DNA from: Caedimonas varicaedens
GTDB lineage: Bacteria > Pseudomonadota > Alphaproteobacteria > Caedimonadales > Caedimonadaceae
DNA: 12,591 nt
Assembly (NCBI GenBank): GCA_001192655.1
Contig: BBVC01000070.1
Coordinates: 1-12,591 of the forward strand
Direction of reading: 5' to 3'
Below the pieces are notes generated by a model, which had not been told where the DNA came from, searched no databases, and saw only the letters and a list, made by a program, of their open reading frames with translations. Shown one piece after another: positions 1 through 8,834 of the stretch. The translations under genes were made by a program, and so were the position numbers. Position 1 is the first letter of the stretch. Each line of letters starts with the position of its first letter.

Positions 1-59
1 CAGACATAATTTTAAAGATCTTAAATATATTGGTTCTTCCTTTCACATTTGCTCAAGCG

Positions 60-1841
60 TCATACACTTTCAGGGGGAAGGTCAAGCTTGATATGAAGTT
101 CTTTCAATTGTTTATCCGTCACATCGCCAGGAGCTCCCATCATCAGGTCTTGTGCCTGTTGGTTCATGGGGAAAGCGACAACTTCTCGCAAGTTCGGTTC
201 ATTGGCTAAAAGCATCACAATTCGATCAATCCCCGGAGCTGATCCCCCATGAGGTGGTGCGCCATATTTCAGGGCATTGAGAAGTCCTGGAAATTGGGTT
301 TCTACTTCTTCCTGCGCATATCCTGCAATGTCAAAAGCCTTATACATAATTTCGGGCAAGTGGTTACGAATAGCCCCGCTACTTAATTCAATGCCATTAC
401 AGACAATGTCGTACTGAAAGGCACAAATACTCAGAGGATCCTGCGTTTCAAGAGCTTTGAGCCCCCCCTGGGGCATAGAAAAAGGATTATGGGAAAAATC
501 AATTTTCTTTGTTTCTTCATTAAATTCAAACATCGGGAAATCAACAACCCAACAGAATTTAAAGCAATTTCGCTCAACAATATCAAGTTCAATAGCAATT
601 TTTTGCCGCGCAAGTCCCGATAACCTTTCAGCTTCTGGCTTGGAAGCACACACAAAGAAAACAGCGTCTCCTTCTTCCATCCCTGTAAGTTGTTTGAGTC
701 TGGCAAGGCGAGCGTCATCCAGAAATTTGGCAATAGGCCCCTTTGCTGTGCCTTCAGCGAAAATAATGTATCCAAGTCCAGCAGCCCCCTGTGTGCGTGA
801 CCACTCATTCAGCTTATCAAAAAAACCTCGTGATTGAGTCGCGGCTCCTTTTCCTTGAATGGCGCGGACAATAGAACTTTTTTCAATCGCCTGAGCAAAG
901 ACAGAAAAATCAGACCCTTTAAAGACCTCGGTTACGTCGGCAATAAGCAGGGGATTGCGAAGATCGGGCTTATCAGAACCATATTTCAGCATGGCATCTT
1001 TATAAGCGATGCGTGAAAAAGGCACAGGGCTGACGACACGACCGTCGGCAAATTCTTCAAAAACACCATGAAGAACAGGTTCAATAGCGCCAAACACATC
1101 TTCTTGGGTGACAAAAGACATCTCAAAATCAAGTTGATAGAATTCTCCTGGCGAACGATCCGCACGCGCATCTTCATCACGAAAGCAGGGTGCAATTTGA
1201 AAATAACGATCAAAACCCGCCATCATTAAAAGCTGTTTAAACATTTGCGGTGCTTGTGGAAGCGCATAAAATTTTCCCGGATGCAATCGGCTGGGAACGA
1301 GATAATCGCGAGCACCTTCAGGAGAACTTGCTGTCAGGATAGGCGTTTGAAACTCCATAAACCCCTGATCAATCATGCGCTGACGAATGGAAGAAATGAT
1401 CCTGCTGCGCAAGACAATGTTTTGATGCATTTTTTCCCGCCGTAAATCCAGAAATCGATAACGCAGCCGTGTTTCCTCAGGAAATTCCTGATCGCTGTTG
1501 ACCTGGATGGGAAGAATTTCAGCCTGGGAATCAATTTTAAAATCTTCGATGACAATTTCTATTCCCCCTGTCGGCATCTTGGCATTCACTGTTTCAGAAG
1601 TCCGTTTAATCACCTTTCCTGTGATCGTCACCACACTTTCATGGCGTGCGTTTTCAGCTTCCCTGAAACAGGGGCTTGTTGTTTCAATCACACACTGAGT
1701 GATGCCATAATGGTCACGCACATCAATAAAGAGCAAGTTGCCATGGTCACGTTTCCGATGAACCCAACCTGAAAGGCGAACTGTTTGTGCGGTGTGCACA
1801 AGATTAAGCGCGCCACACGTGTGCGTACGATAAGGGTGCAT
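60..1841 (-). CDS. aspS: Aspartate--tRNA ligase (class II, bacterial type)
   Basis: This is a long ORF (60..1880). It carries class II AspRS signatures: N-terminal [12 protein letters not shown], motif 2 [22 protein letters not shown] and motif 3 [18 protein letters not shown] chose the ATG at 1841 because homologs start at MHxYRTHxCG and an AAGGA lies about 10 nt upstream. The ORF could extend 13 more codons to 1880. The stop is TGA at 60-62. I cannot tell from sequence whether it discriminates Asp from Asn tRNAs. Confidence 0.93.
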   Translation of the reverse strand: MHPYRTHTCGALNLVHTAQTVRLSGWVHRKRDHGNLLFIDVRDHYGITQCVIETTSPCFREAENARHESVVTITGKVIKRTSETVNAKMPTGGIEIVIEDFKIDSQAEILPIQVNSDQEFPEETRLRYRFLDLRREKMHQNIVLRSRIISSIRQRMIDQGFMEFQTPILTASSPEGARDYLVPSRLHPGKFYALPQAPQMFKQLLMMAGFDRYFQIAPCFRDEDARADRSPGEFYQLDFEMSFVTQEDVFGAIEPVLHGVFEEFADGRVVSPVPFSRIAYKDAMLKYGSDKPDLRNPLLIADVTEVFKGSDFSVFAQAIEKSSIVRAIQGKGAATQSRGFFDKLNEWSRTQGAAGLGYIIFAEGTAKGPIAKFLDDARLARLKQLTGMEEGDAVFFVCASKPEAERLSGLARQKIAIELDIVERNCFKFCWVVDFPMFEFNEETKKIDFSHNPFSMPQGGLKALETQDPLSICAFQYDIVCNGIELSSGAIRNHLPEIMYKAFDIAGYAQEEVETQFPGLLNALKYGAPPHGGSAPGIDRIVMLLANEPNLREVVAFPMNQQAQDLMMGAPGDVTDKQLKELHIKLDLPPESV

Positions 1842-1942
1842 AATGTATTTTTCCTTTTCTCTCATCATGATTGACGTCAAAATAGCAATTTCTGAGATGA
1901 TTTGCTACAATTTCGCACTTTAGTAGATAAAGAGGTTTTTTT
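1842..1942. promoter_or_regulatory. Divergent aspS/rnd intergenic region, presumed to hold both promoters
   Basis: The 101-bp spacer lies between divergently oriented genes. It contains a -10-like TACAAT at 1906-1911 with only a weak -35 (TAGCAA at 1883-1888). AAGAGG at 1929-1934 is a good Shine-Dalgarno sequence 8 nt before the rnd ATG. A perfect 10-bp palindrome TTGACGTCAA sits at 1871-1880. The promoter assignment is tentative. Confidence 0.3.
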
Positions 1943-3100
1943 ATGACATTCATCACACGCACAGAAGAGTTGGAAAAAGCTCTGAAATCTATGAGAGAGA
2001 TCGATTCATTTGTGACAATCGATACCGAGTTTTTACGAGAAGACACGTATTGGCCACAATTATGCCTTGTCCAGGTTGCAGGGTCACAAACGACCATTCT
2101 TGTGGATACACTCAGCCCTGACCTTTCGCTTGATCCGCTTTTCGATTTTATGAAAAATGATTGTATTCTCAAAGTTTTTCACGCGGCACGTCAGGATCTG
2201 GAAATTTTTTACCATCTCATGAATGAAGTGCCTCAAATGATCTTTGACACCCAAATTGCTGCCATGGTTTGTGGTTATGGAGAACAAGTAGGTTATGAGA
2301 CGCTTGTCAGCTCTATTACAGGGAAAAAACTGGATAAATCACAACAGTATTCCAACTGGACGCGACGCCCTCTTTCTGAACAACAGCTGACCTATGCCAG
2401 AGCAGATGTAATCTATCTGCGCGATATTTATCTTCACCTTTCAGAAAAACTTGCGGCAAAACAACGACAGATCTGGATTGAAGACGAGATGGCCATTCTG
2501 AAATCCGAGAAAACTTACAAACCGGATCCTGAGTCCATGTGGACGAGGCTCAGACTTAAAAATGCACAGCCTCACTACCTTGCACGCCTTCAAGCTCTTG
2601 CATCTCTCAGGGAAAAAGAAGCCATACGAAAGAATATCCCTCGTGGACGGCTTATTCGTGACGATGTCCTTACGGAAATAGCCTATCATAATCCTTCTAC
2701 ATTGAAACAACTGACAGATATGCGTGGAGCAGGTAGAACTCTGACGCAAGAGAAGTTGGGTCAAAAAATATTGGAAAATATCATCAAAGCCAATACGCTT
2801 CCTGTTGGGGAATGCCCTCAACTTGATATCGCTCAGCGTGGAAAAAAACCAGCTCTGGGACAAGTCGATCTTCTACGTGTTCTCCTGAAAATACGCGCTG
2901 AAAAATATAAGGTTGCCGAGAAACTGATTGCCACGACGAAAGATCTAGAAAGTTTCCTTTTATTAAAAGAGATTGATTCCTTACACAGTTTGCTGCATGG
3001 TTGGCGTTATGATGTTTTCGGTCAAGACGCCTGGGAAATAAAAGAAGGCAGAAAAGGGCTGAGCATAGCAGGAAAAAATCTCACGCTATGCTCTCTTTAG
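1943..3100 (+). CDS. rnd: Ribonuclease D (DEDD 3'-5' exoribonuclease with HRDC region)
   Basis: The 385-aa ORF has a good RBS. It carries the DEDD exonuclease motifs: ExoI VTIDTEF, ExoII HAARQDLEIF and ExoIII YARADVIYL. The length and the C-terminal helical region are typical of RNase D. The stop is TAG at 3098-3100. Confidence 0.9.
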   Translation: MTFITRTEELEKALKSMREIDSFVTIDTEFLREDTYWPQLCLVQVAGSQTTILVDTLSPDLSLDPLFDFMKNDCILKVFHAARQDLEIFYHLMNEVPQMIFDTQIAAMVCGYGEQVGYETLVSSITGKKLDKSQQYSNWTRRPLSEQQLTYARADVIYLRDIYLHLSEKLAAKQRQIWIEDEMAILKSEKTYKPDPESMWTRLRLKNAQPHYLARLQALASLREKEAIRKNIPRGRLIRDDVLTEIAYHNPSTLKQLTDMRGAGRTLTQEKLGQKILENIIKANTLPVGECPQLDIAQRGKKPALGQVDLLRVLLKIRAEKYKVAEKLIATTKDLESFLLLKEIDSLHSLLHGWRYDVFGQDAWEIKEGRKGLSIAGKNLTLCSL

Positions 3101-3202
3101 CAGGATCTTACTTATCAACATATCAGAGCTGTTATCTGGTGAGTAAAATACCCGGCACAGTAAAAATCCCCTGCCCGAAAGGTCGTTCCGGAAATATATA
3201 AT

Positions 3203-3952
3203 ATGGGAGGAGACCTCAATCTCATGAACCTTACCTTTCGTCAAAAACTGACTTATATGGCTCATCTTTATAAAGCACTTATAAAACAGCATCATAAACC
3301 TTTGATCCCTATGTTGCAAAAATTTATTCCTCTTGACGGTATTGTTATTGATGTAGGAGGACATGCGGGACAATTTACAAAAATATTCTCCTGTCTTGCA
3401 AAAAAGGGAAAAATTTTCTCGTTTGAGCCTGGAGAATATGCCTATTCTATCCTTAAAAAAACCAAAAAAATCAAAAAGCTCACAAACGTAACTCTTATTC
3501 AAAAAGGGTTAAGCTCTCTGGAAGGACTGGTGTCTTTTCGTATTCCTATCAAACGATCAGGCTCAATTGGTTACGGAACAAGTCACGTTTTCCTGTCTGG
3601 TCATGAGACAATAAGTTCAGCATTTATAGAACAACAAGTCTCTGTTATTCCTTTGGACAAATTTATCAAAGTCAATCAACTTGAAAGAATTGACTTTATA
3701 AAAATTGACGTTGAAGGCCATGAGTTAAATGTTTTGAAAGGCGCTCAAGAAACTATAAAAGTATATAGGCCTTCTATTATGATTGAAATTAACTCGGAAC
3801 ATCTTGACCGGGCTGGTGTTGATAAAACTAAAATCTTTGAATTTCTGGAAAATATAGGCTATAAGTCAGCAAGAATTGATGATTTAATGGGGACTTTGGA
3901 TTTAAATCATCATCGTCAGAATGGTGATTACATATTCTCTTTTCTCATATAG
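3203..3952 (+). CDS. FkbM-family SAM-dependent methyltransferase (Methyltransf_21-like)
   Basis: The 249-aa ORF has the FkbM hallmarks VIDVGGHAGQFT (SAM-binding glycine loop), FSFEPGEYAY and IDFIKIDVEGHELNVLKGA...IMIEINSEH. An alternative start is the ATG at 3224, which has GGGAGGAG (3205-3212) 11-13 nt upstream. The ATG at 3203 has no obvious SD. The substrate cannot be predicted from sequence. Confidence 0.85.
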   Translation: MGGDLNLMNLTFRQKLTYMAHLYKALIKQHHKPLIPMLQKFIPLDGIVIDVGGHAGQFTKIFSCLAKKGKIFSFEPGEYAYSILKKTKKIKKLTNVTLIQKGLSSLEGLVSFRIPIKRSGSIGYGTSHVFLSGHETISSAFIEQQVSVIPLDKFIKVNQLERIDFIKIDVEGHELNVLKGAQETIKVYRPSIMIEINSEHLDRAGVDKTKIFEFLENIGYKSARIDDLMGTLDLNHHRQNGDYIFSFLI

Positions 3953-3970
3953 ATAAAACGAGTCTTGCTC

Positions 3971-4828
3971 ATGAATATGCTTCAATTTTTAGGATCTTTA
4001 GAGCTTGGTCTATTGTACGGGATTGTTGCGCTTGGAGTTTATCTTTCATTTCGTGTTCTGGATTTTCCCGACCTTACGGTCGACGGAAGCTTCCCTTTGG
4101 GTGCTGCTATTACAGCCACCCTGTTAACGTTGAACTGTGACCCGTGGCTGGCTATTGCTGGCGCCATGATCGGTGGTTTTATAGCCGGTTTAATGACAGC
4201 ATGGCTCAATGTCAGGTGGAAGCTTTTGCACTTGCTTGCCGGAATCCTTACCATGACGGGACTCTATTCTGTTAATTTGCGGATCATGGGACGATCTAAT
4301 ATCGCTCTGGTTGAAGAAAAAACAATATTCACGGGCATTGCTGCTGGCCCGCTTCCTTTATTGAGCATAATCGTTCTCGTCATTATTCTGCTTTTATGGC
4401 GCTTCCTGAGGTCTGAAATTGGGCTTGCTATGCGCGCAACAGGAGAAAATCCAAAGATGGCACTTGCCCAGGGCATATGTACATCCCGAATGATTTTCCT
4501 AGGATTGGGGATAAGTAACAGCCTGGTTGCGCTAGCAGGCGCCCTTTTTGCCCAAAGCCAGGGATTTTCCGATACGACAATGGGTATTGGCACGATTGTG
4601 ATTGGGTTGGCATCTGTCATTATGGGAGAAGTTTTTGTTTCCAGAAGCAGGATACGTTTAGCCCTTGCCGCTTGTGTGGGTGGGTCTATTCTTTATCGTC
4701 TTCTGATCTCATTTGCATTCAATGTTAAAGAGTTTGGTTTTCAGGCTTCTGATCTGAATTTTGTCACAGCTTTTTTAGTTGCTCTCGCCATGATTTTACC
4801 TCGCCTGAGGAAAAGAGCTGACGCATGA
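3971..4828 (+). CDS. ABC transporter permease of the uncharacterised-importer family (COG4120-like, putative aromatic amino acid uptake type)
   Basis: The ORF is hydrophobic with multiple predicted transmembrane spans. The N-terminus LELGLLYGIVALGVYLSFRVLDFPDLTVDGSFPLGAA is characteristic of this permease family, identified from memory rather than by search. The start is ambiguous among TTG 3965, ATG 3971 and ATG 3977, and none has a strong SD. Its stop overlaps the next gene's start by 4 nt (ATGA at 4825-4828). Confidence 0.85.
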   Translation: MNMLQFLGSLELGLLYGIVALGVYLSFRVLDFPDLTVDGSFPLGAAITATLLTLNCDPWLAIAGAMIGGFIAGLMTAWLNVRWKLLHLLAGILTMTGLYSVNLRIMGRSNIALVEEKTIFTGIAAGPLPLLSIIVLVIILLLWRFLRSEIGLAMRATGENPKMALAQGICTSRMIFLGLGISNSLVALAGALFAQSQGFSDTTMGIGTIVIGLASVIMGEVFVSRSRIRLALAACVGGSILYRLLISFAFNVKEFGFQASDLNFVTAFLVALAMILPRLRKRADA

Positions 4829-5622
4829 TTCACCTGCATAATATCAACATGGTTTTTTATCCTGGCACAGTGCTTGAAAAGAAAGCTCTGAAAAATATCA
4901 ACCTAACCATTGAAAAAGGAGAATTCATTACCGTTATCGGAGGAAATGGTGCCGGAAAATCGACCTTGTTGCGCGTCATTACGGGTGATCTTTTCCCTAC
5001 CCGTGGTAAAATTCTTATTAATAATCAGGATGTCACGACGACCCCCCCTGAAAAAAGAGCCCGCTTTGTATCTCAGGTCTTTCAAGATCCCCGCGCAGGC
5101 GCCTGCCCCAATCTGACCATAGAAGAAAATATGGCTTTGGCTGTTATGCGTGGAAAGAAACGAGGGCTGAGAATGGCTTTGACACCTTTTCATCGGCGGC
5201 AATTTCAGGAAGCTCTTGCCTCTGTCAAACTTGGTCTGGAAGGGCGCTTGGGAACCCCTTTGGGGATGCTCTCAGGGGGTCAACGGCAAGCGATCTCTCT
5301 TTTAATGTCGGTTCTTGGGCCTTCTGAAATTTTAGTTCTGGATGAACACACTGCAGCCCTTGATCCAAAAACTTCTTCATCCATCCTGAAATTGACGGAA
5401 CAATTAATCACAGAAAAAAAACTGACCGTTTTAATGGTCACACATAGTATGCACCAAGCTCTTTTGATGGGCAGTCGAACCTTGATGTTCAATGAGGGTA
5501 AAATTGTTCTTGATTTTCAGGGAAATGAAAGAAAAAAATTAAATGAGGAAGAATTATTAAAAATATTTAAACAAAAGATTAATGAAGAGTATACAGGAGA
5601 TGAATTTATCCTAAATAATTAG
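4825..5622 (+). CDS. ABC transporter ATP-binding protein (COG1101-like partner of the preceding permease)
   Basis: The protein has Walker A GGNGAGKST, signature LSGGQRQ, Walker B ILVLDEHTAALD and H-loop VTHSM. It is translationally coupled to the permease through the 4-nt overlap, with AAGAG 8 nt upstream. It ends in a Lys/Glu-rich tail encoded by a very AT-rich 3' end. Confidence 0.9.
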   Translation: MIHLHNINMVFYPGTVLEKKALKNINLTIEKGEFITVIGGNGAGKSTLLRVITGDLFPTRGKILINNQDVTTTPPEKRARFVSQVFQDPRAGACPNLTIEENMALAVMRGKKRGLRMALTPFHRRQFQEALASVKLGLEGRLGTPLGMLSGGQRQAISLLMSVLGPSEILVLDEHTAALDPKTSSSILKLTEQLITEKKLTVLMVTHSMHQALLMGSRTLMFNEGKIVLDFQGNERKKLNEEELLKIFKQKINEEYTGDEFILNN

Positions 5623-5725
5623 AATATTTTTACACGAAAAATATAAAAAATTATTTACTCTTTTTAAGTAAAGTAGCGCTAAAATTTAACTATAGTCGTT
5701 AGTATTTAAATATAAGAGTAAATAA

Positions 5726-6757
5726 GTGAAAAATTCAACTTATAAATACATGATAGCTCACGATGGCGCGAAAATCAGAACAGGATTTTGGCCCTCAGTT
5801 TTGGAGCAACAAAAAGAATCCTTCAGAAATATTATTCTCCTTCAGGGACGCGCTTCCTTTATCGAAAAATTCCATGAAATTATTCAGGGGCTGACGGAAC
5901 GAGGTTATAATGTCTGGACTTTTGATTGGCGAGGACAGGGACTCTCCAGCCGCTTCCTTGACAATCATCACAAGGGTCATGTGGATTCTTATGATACATA
6001 TCTCAATGACCTTCATCAATTTATGACGGAAATTGTCAGACCCACAGCAGATCAAATATATATTGCGCTTGCCCAATCCATGGGCGGACATATTATCTTA
6101 CGTTATTTGCAAGACTTTGGAAGTGCTTTTTCAGGCGCAATGCTGATCTCCCCCATGATTAACATCCACACAGGAGCCTATCCAAAACCTGTTGCAAAGG
6201 CGATGGCCTATCTTTCCACGCTTGTAGGTCTGGATCGCCATTACGTTATTGGGCATGGAGATTACAATCCTATTTTGGAACAATTTGAAGGAAATTATTT
6301 AACAGGAAATCCCGAACGTTACCAAATTCATCTCGAACTTCAAAACAATAACTTGCCTTTGGTTATTGGGGGTATTACTTACGGTTGGTTACAAGCGACG
6401 TTTCGATCAATCGATATCAGTTTAAAACTTGAAAAATTAAGAAATATCCAGATTCCTGTCTTTATTATAGAATCAGAAGACGACCAGATTGTTGATAATA
6501 GTATTCTTCCTTATGTCGTCCAGCATATTAAACAGGGTATCATCAAGACATACCCTCATACACGTCACCAAATTTTTATGGAGTCTGATGAAATTCTGAA
6601 TGTTTTCTGGCATGATCTAGAGGCTTTCTCTGAACATCTTATGCTTTTAAATACATCTCTTCCGCCCATGAAGCCTGTGGAAAAACCTCAATTGCAACCC
6701 CAAAACACCACGTTGAATCCTGCGTTTATAAACTCACTCAAATCATTTATTTCTTAA
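5726..6757 (+). CDS. Alpha/beta hydrolase, lysophospholipase L2 (PldB)/monoacylglycerol lipase-like
   Basis: The 343-aa ORF has the segment ILLQGRASFIEKFHEIIQGLTERGYNVWTFDWRGQGLS, which resembles the PldB N-terminal region. The nucleophile elbow is AQSMGG (A-x-S-x-G). The likely acid and base residues lie in ESEDDQIVD and HTRHQIFME. I chose the GTG start at 5726, which has AAGAG 7 nt upstream. The alternative ATG at 5750 lacks an SD. The last ~35 residues form a Pro/Gln/Asn-rich tail. Confidence 0.8.
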   Translation: MKNSTYKYMIAHDGAKIRTGFWPSVLEQQKESFRNIILLQGRASFIEKFHEIIQGLTERGYNVWTFDWRGQGLSSRFLDNHHKGHVDSYDTYLNDLHQFMTEIVRPTADQIYIALAQSMGGHIILRYLQDFGSAFSGAMLISPMINIHTGAYPKPVAKAMAYLSTLVGLDRHYVIGHGDYNPILEQFEGNYLTGNPERYQIHLELQNNNLPLVIGGITYGWLQATFRSIDISLKLEKLRNIQIPVFIIESEDDQIVDNSILPYVVQHIKQGIIKTYPHTRHQIFMESDEILNVFWHDLEAFSEHLMLLNTSLPPMKPVEKPQLQPQNTTLNPAFINSLKSFIS

Positions 6758-6803
6758 TATTTATTTTGCGTATTATCGGAAAAGTGAACGACGACAAGGG
6801 ATA

Positions 6804-6829
6804 TCTTTCCTGAAAAAAGTACGGAAAGA
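6804..6829. terminator. Weak hairpin in the convergent hydrolase/murA spacer (possible terminator)
   Basis: TCTTTCC (6804-6810) pairs with GGAAAGA (6823-6829) as a 7-bp stem around a 12-nt A-rich loop. No clean U-tract follows on either strand. A third GGAAA copy at 6778-6782 could pair alternatively. Confidence 0.2.
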
Positions 6830-6847
6830 GACAAAAAGCTTATTTTC

Positions 6848-8131
6848 TCAGACTACTTCTCCATGGATGCGCTCAATATTGGCGCCGCAGTCCCCTAATT
6901 TTTTTTCTATATGCTCATAACCTCGATCCAGATGATAAACACGATTGACGATGGTCTCATCTTCAGCCGCAAGTCCAGCGAGAACAAGAGACACCGAAGC
7001 CCGCAAGTCTGTAGCCATGACAGGCGCACCCTTTAACCGGGGAACTCCCCGTATAAAAGCTGTATTCCCCTTCAATTTAATATCAGCGCCCATTCGTACA
7101 AGCTCTGGTACGTGCATGAAGCGGTTTTCAAAAATTGTCTCAGTGATCACGGATGCCCCTTCAGCTGTTGCCGCTAACACCATGATTTGTGCCTGCAGAT
7201 CAGTTGCAAAACCTGGGTAGGGTTCTGTCTCAACATCTGTTGCTTTCAAACGTCCAGGCTGTTTTTTGACTTTAAATCCTCGCTCTGTTTTCTCAAACAG
7301 AACCCCCATACTTTCAAGAGCAGGAATAACAGAAGGAATCAAGTCAAGAGAAGTATCTGTTAATTCTACTTCTCCCCCTGTCAAGGCAGCCGCCATAGCA
7401 TACGTCCCTGTTTCAATACGGTCAGGCAGAACTGGATGCTCAGCCCCATGAAGACGGCTACATCCTTCAATAATCAATGTGTCTGTCCCCACTCCTTCAA
7501 TTTTCGCGCCCATAGCTATCAAACAACGCGCAAGATCTGAAACTTCAGGCTCGCGTGCCGCATTGATCAGCCGCGTCGTCCCCTTGGCCAATGTAGCTGC
7601 CATTAAAAGATTTTCCGTTCCCGTCACTGTTACGCTGGAGAAAGTATAATCCACGCCCCTCAAGCCGTTTTCTGCACGCGCAATCACATAACCATCTTCC
7701 AGAGTAATGTGAGCGCCCATACACTCAAGCCCCTTGAGGTGCATATCAATAGCGCGAGCCCCAATGGCACATCCTCCTGGCAAAGACACTTTTGCACGCC
7801 CTTCACGGGCCAGCAAGGGGCCTAAAACCAGAAAGGAAGCCCGCATTTTACGAACCTGATCATAAGGAGCTTCTGTACTCTTAATAGAACTAGCTTTCAG
7901 TGTACCAAAGTGATGCCCCTCACGATCATGATCAAAAGTGATCTCTACACCCAGATGAGCAAGAAGACTCTTGAAGGTTTGTACATCCGCAAGATCGGGA
8001 AGGTTTCTGAGAGTCAGGGTCTCATCTGTCAAAAGACTTGCTGAAATCAGGGGAAGAGCCGCATTTTTGGCTCCAGAAATTCTGATTTCACCATAAAGAG
8101 GCGTACCGCCAATAATTCTGATTTTATCCAT
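6848..8131 (-). CDS. murA: UDP-N-acetylglucosamine 1-carboxyvinyltransferase
   Basis: The 427-aa ORF begins [28 protein letters not shown], a classic MurA N-terminus. The active-site loop is [13 protein letters not shown]. Its catalytic Cys (residue 121, codon 7769-7771) is equivalent to E. coli Cys115, the fosfomycin target. The start ATG at 8131 overlaps the dcd stop by 8 nt. Confidence 0.95.
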   Translation of the reverse strand: MDKIRIIGGTPLYGEIRISGAKNAALPLISASLLTDETLTLRNLPDLADVQTFKSLLAHLGVEITFDHDREGHHFGTLKASSIKSTEAPYDQVRKMRASFLVLGPLLAREGRAKVSLPGGCAIGARAIDMHLKGLECMGAHITLEDGYVIARAENGLRGVDYTFSSVTVTGTENLLMAATLAKGTTRLINAAREPEVSDLARCLIAMGAKIEGVGTDTLIIEGCSRLHGAEHPVLPDRIETGTYAMAAALTGGEVELTDTSLDLIPSVIPALESMGVLFEKTERGFKVKKQPGRLKATDVETEPYPGFATDLQAQIMVLAATAEGASVITETIFENRFMHVPELVRMGADIKLKGNTAFIRGVPRLKGAPVMATDLRASVSLVLAGLAAEDETIVNRVYHLDRGYEHIEKKLGDCGANIERIHGEVV

Positions 8132-8693
8132 GTGCCTTTAATACGTGAGGGAGCGTCACGCCCTCTTGCTTCATATATTTTCCATTGCGATCTTTATAAG
8201 AGGTTTCACAGCTTTTGTCACCCTGCAAAAATAGAAATTGACAGATCCCTTCACCGGCATAGATTTTGGCAGGCAATGGGGTTGTATTCGAGAACTCAAG
8301 AGTGACATAGCCTTCCCATTCAGGCTCAAGGGGTGTGACATTGACGATAATACCACAACGTGCGTACGTTGACTTCCCCAAACAGATCACGAGAACATCA
8401 CGGGGAACACGAAAATATTCCATAGTACGCCCCAGTGCAAAACTGTTGGGAGGAATCACACATACGTCCGTCACGCGATCGACAAAGCTGCTTTCATCAA
8501 AATGTTTTGGATCAACAATAGCATTATCCACATTGGTAAAAATCTTGAATTCATTAGCCAGACGCGCATCATACCCAAAAGAGGAAAGACCATAGGAAAT
8601 CATGTTTTCTCCCATTTGTTTCTCAACAAATGGCTCGATCATACGATGTCTTTGAGCCGCCTCGCGAATCCAGAAATCCGATAAAACAGGCAT
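8124..8693 (-). CDS. dcd: dCTP deaminase
   Basis: The family signatures are [59 protein letters not shown] chose the start at ATG 8693 ([11 protein letters not shown], typical of homologs), which has AAAGGA about 5 nt upstream. The ORF is open for 9 more codons to 8720. The stop is TAA at 8124-8126. Confidence 0.9.
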   Translation of the reverse strand: MPVLSDFWIREAAQRHRMIEPFVEKQMGENMISYGLSSFGYDARLANEFKIFTNVDNAIVDPKHFDESSFVDRVTDVCVIPPNSFALGRTMEYFRVPRDVLVICLGKSTYARCGIIVNVTPLEPEWEGYVTLEFSNTTPLPAKIYAGEGICQFLFLQGDKSCETSYKDRNGKYMKQEGVTLPHVLKAHG

Positions 8694-8834
8694 ATTTTTC
8701 CTTTCTTTATCCATCATCAAAAATTGCCTTTATATTACCCCTTATGCCGTTTATTGCAATGACAAGATTAAACCATCCTTGCCTTACACAAAGGGCTATA
8801 GACATTTGTTCCAAAAATAACTTATAAAAGTTCT
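8694..8834. promoter_or_regulatory. Divergent dcd/dapF intergenic region, presumed to hold promoters
   Basis: The 141-bp non-coding spacer lies between divergent operons. TTGCAA (8754-8759) and CTATAG (8796-8801) are promoter-like hexamers, but no pair has canonical spacing. I could not call a confident -35/-10. Confidence 0.25.

Noticed and set aside
15-22. An AAGATCTT palindrome lies downstream of aspS.
   Set aside because: It is an 8-bp palindrome with no loop, so it cannot form a terminator hairpin, and it is expected by chance in AT-rich sequence.
1842-1880. N-terminal extensions appear in the ORF track for aspS (13 codons), and likewise for dcd (8694-8720) and trmB (10908-10937).
   Set aside because: Homolog-like N-termini ([36 protein letters not shown]) begin at internal ATGs, which for aspS and dcd also have better SD context. 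The extensions are most likely untranslated.
3455-3477. A7-CC-A7-TC-A5 tracts lie inside the FkbM gene and could be a slippage or phase-variation site. An A8 run also occurs on the murA coding strand at 6899-6906.
   Set aside because: The runs are shorter than tracts usually linked to phase variation, and they simply encode Lys-rich peptide (LKKTKKIKKL). The reading frames are intact, so there is no evidence of switching.
3086-3502. A 138-aa minus-strand ORF spans the rnd-FkbM spacer and the 5' part of the FkbM gene.
   Set aside because: Its translation is Cys/Phe/Lys-rich with no recognisable motif. It lies fully antisense to a frame with unmistakable FkbM motifs and has no SD. I treat it as a shadow ORF.
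5654-5672. An AT-rich hairpin (TTTACT / AGTAAA, 6-bp stem, 7-nt loop) lies downstream of the ABC ATPase and could be a terminator.
   Set aside because: The stem has only one G-C pair and would be very weak. Such pairings arise by chance in highly AT-rich DNA, so I did not list it as a feature.
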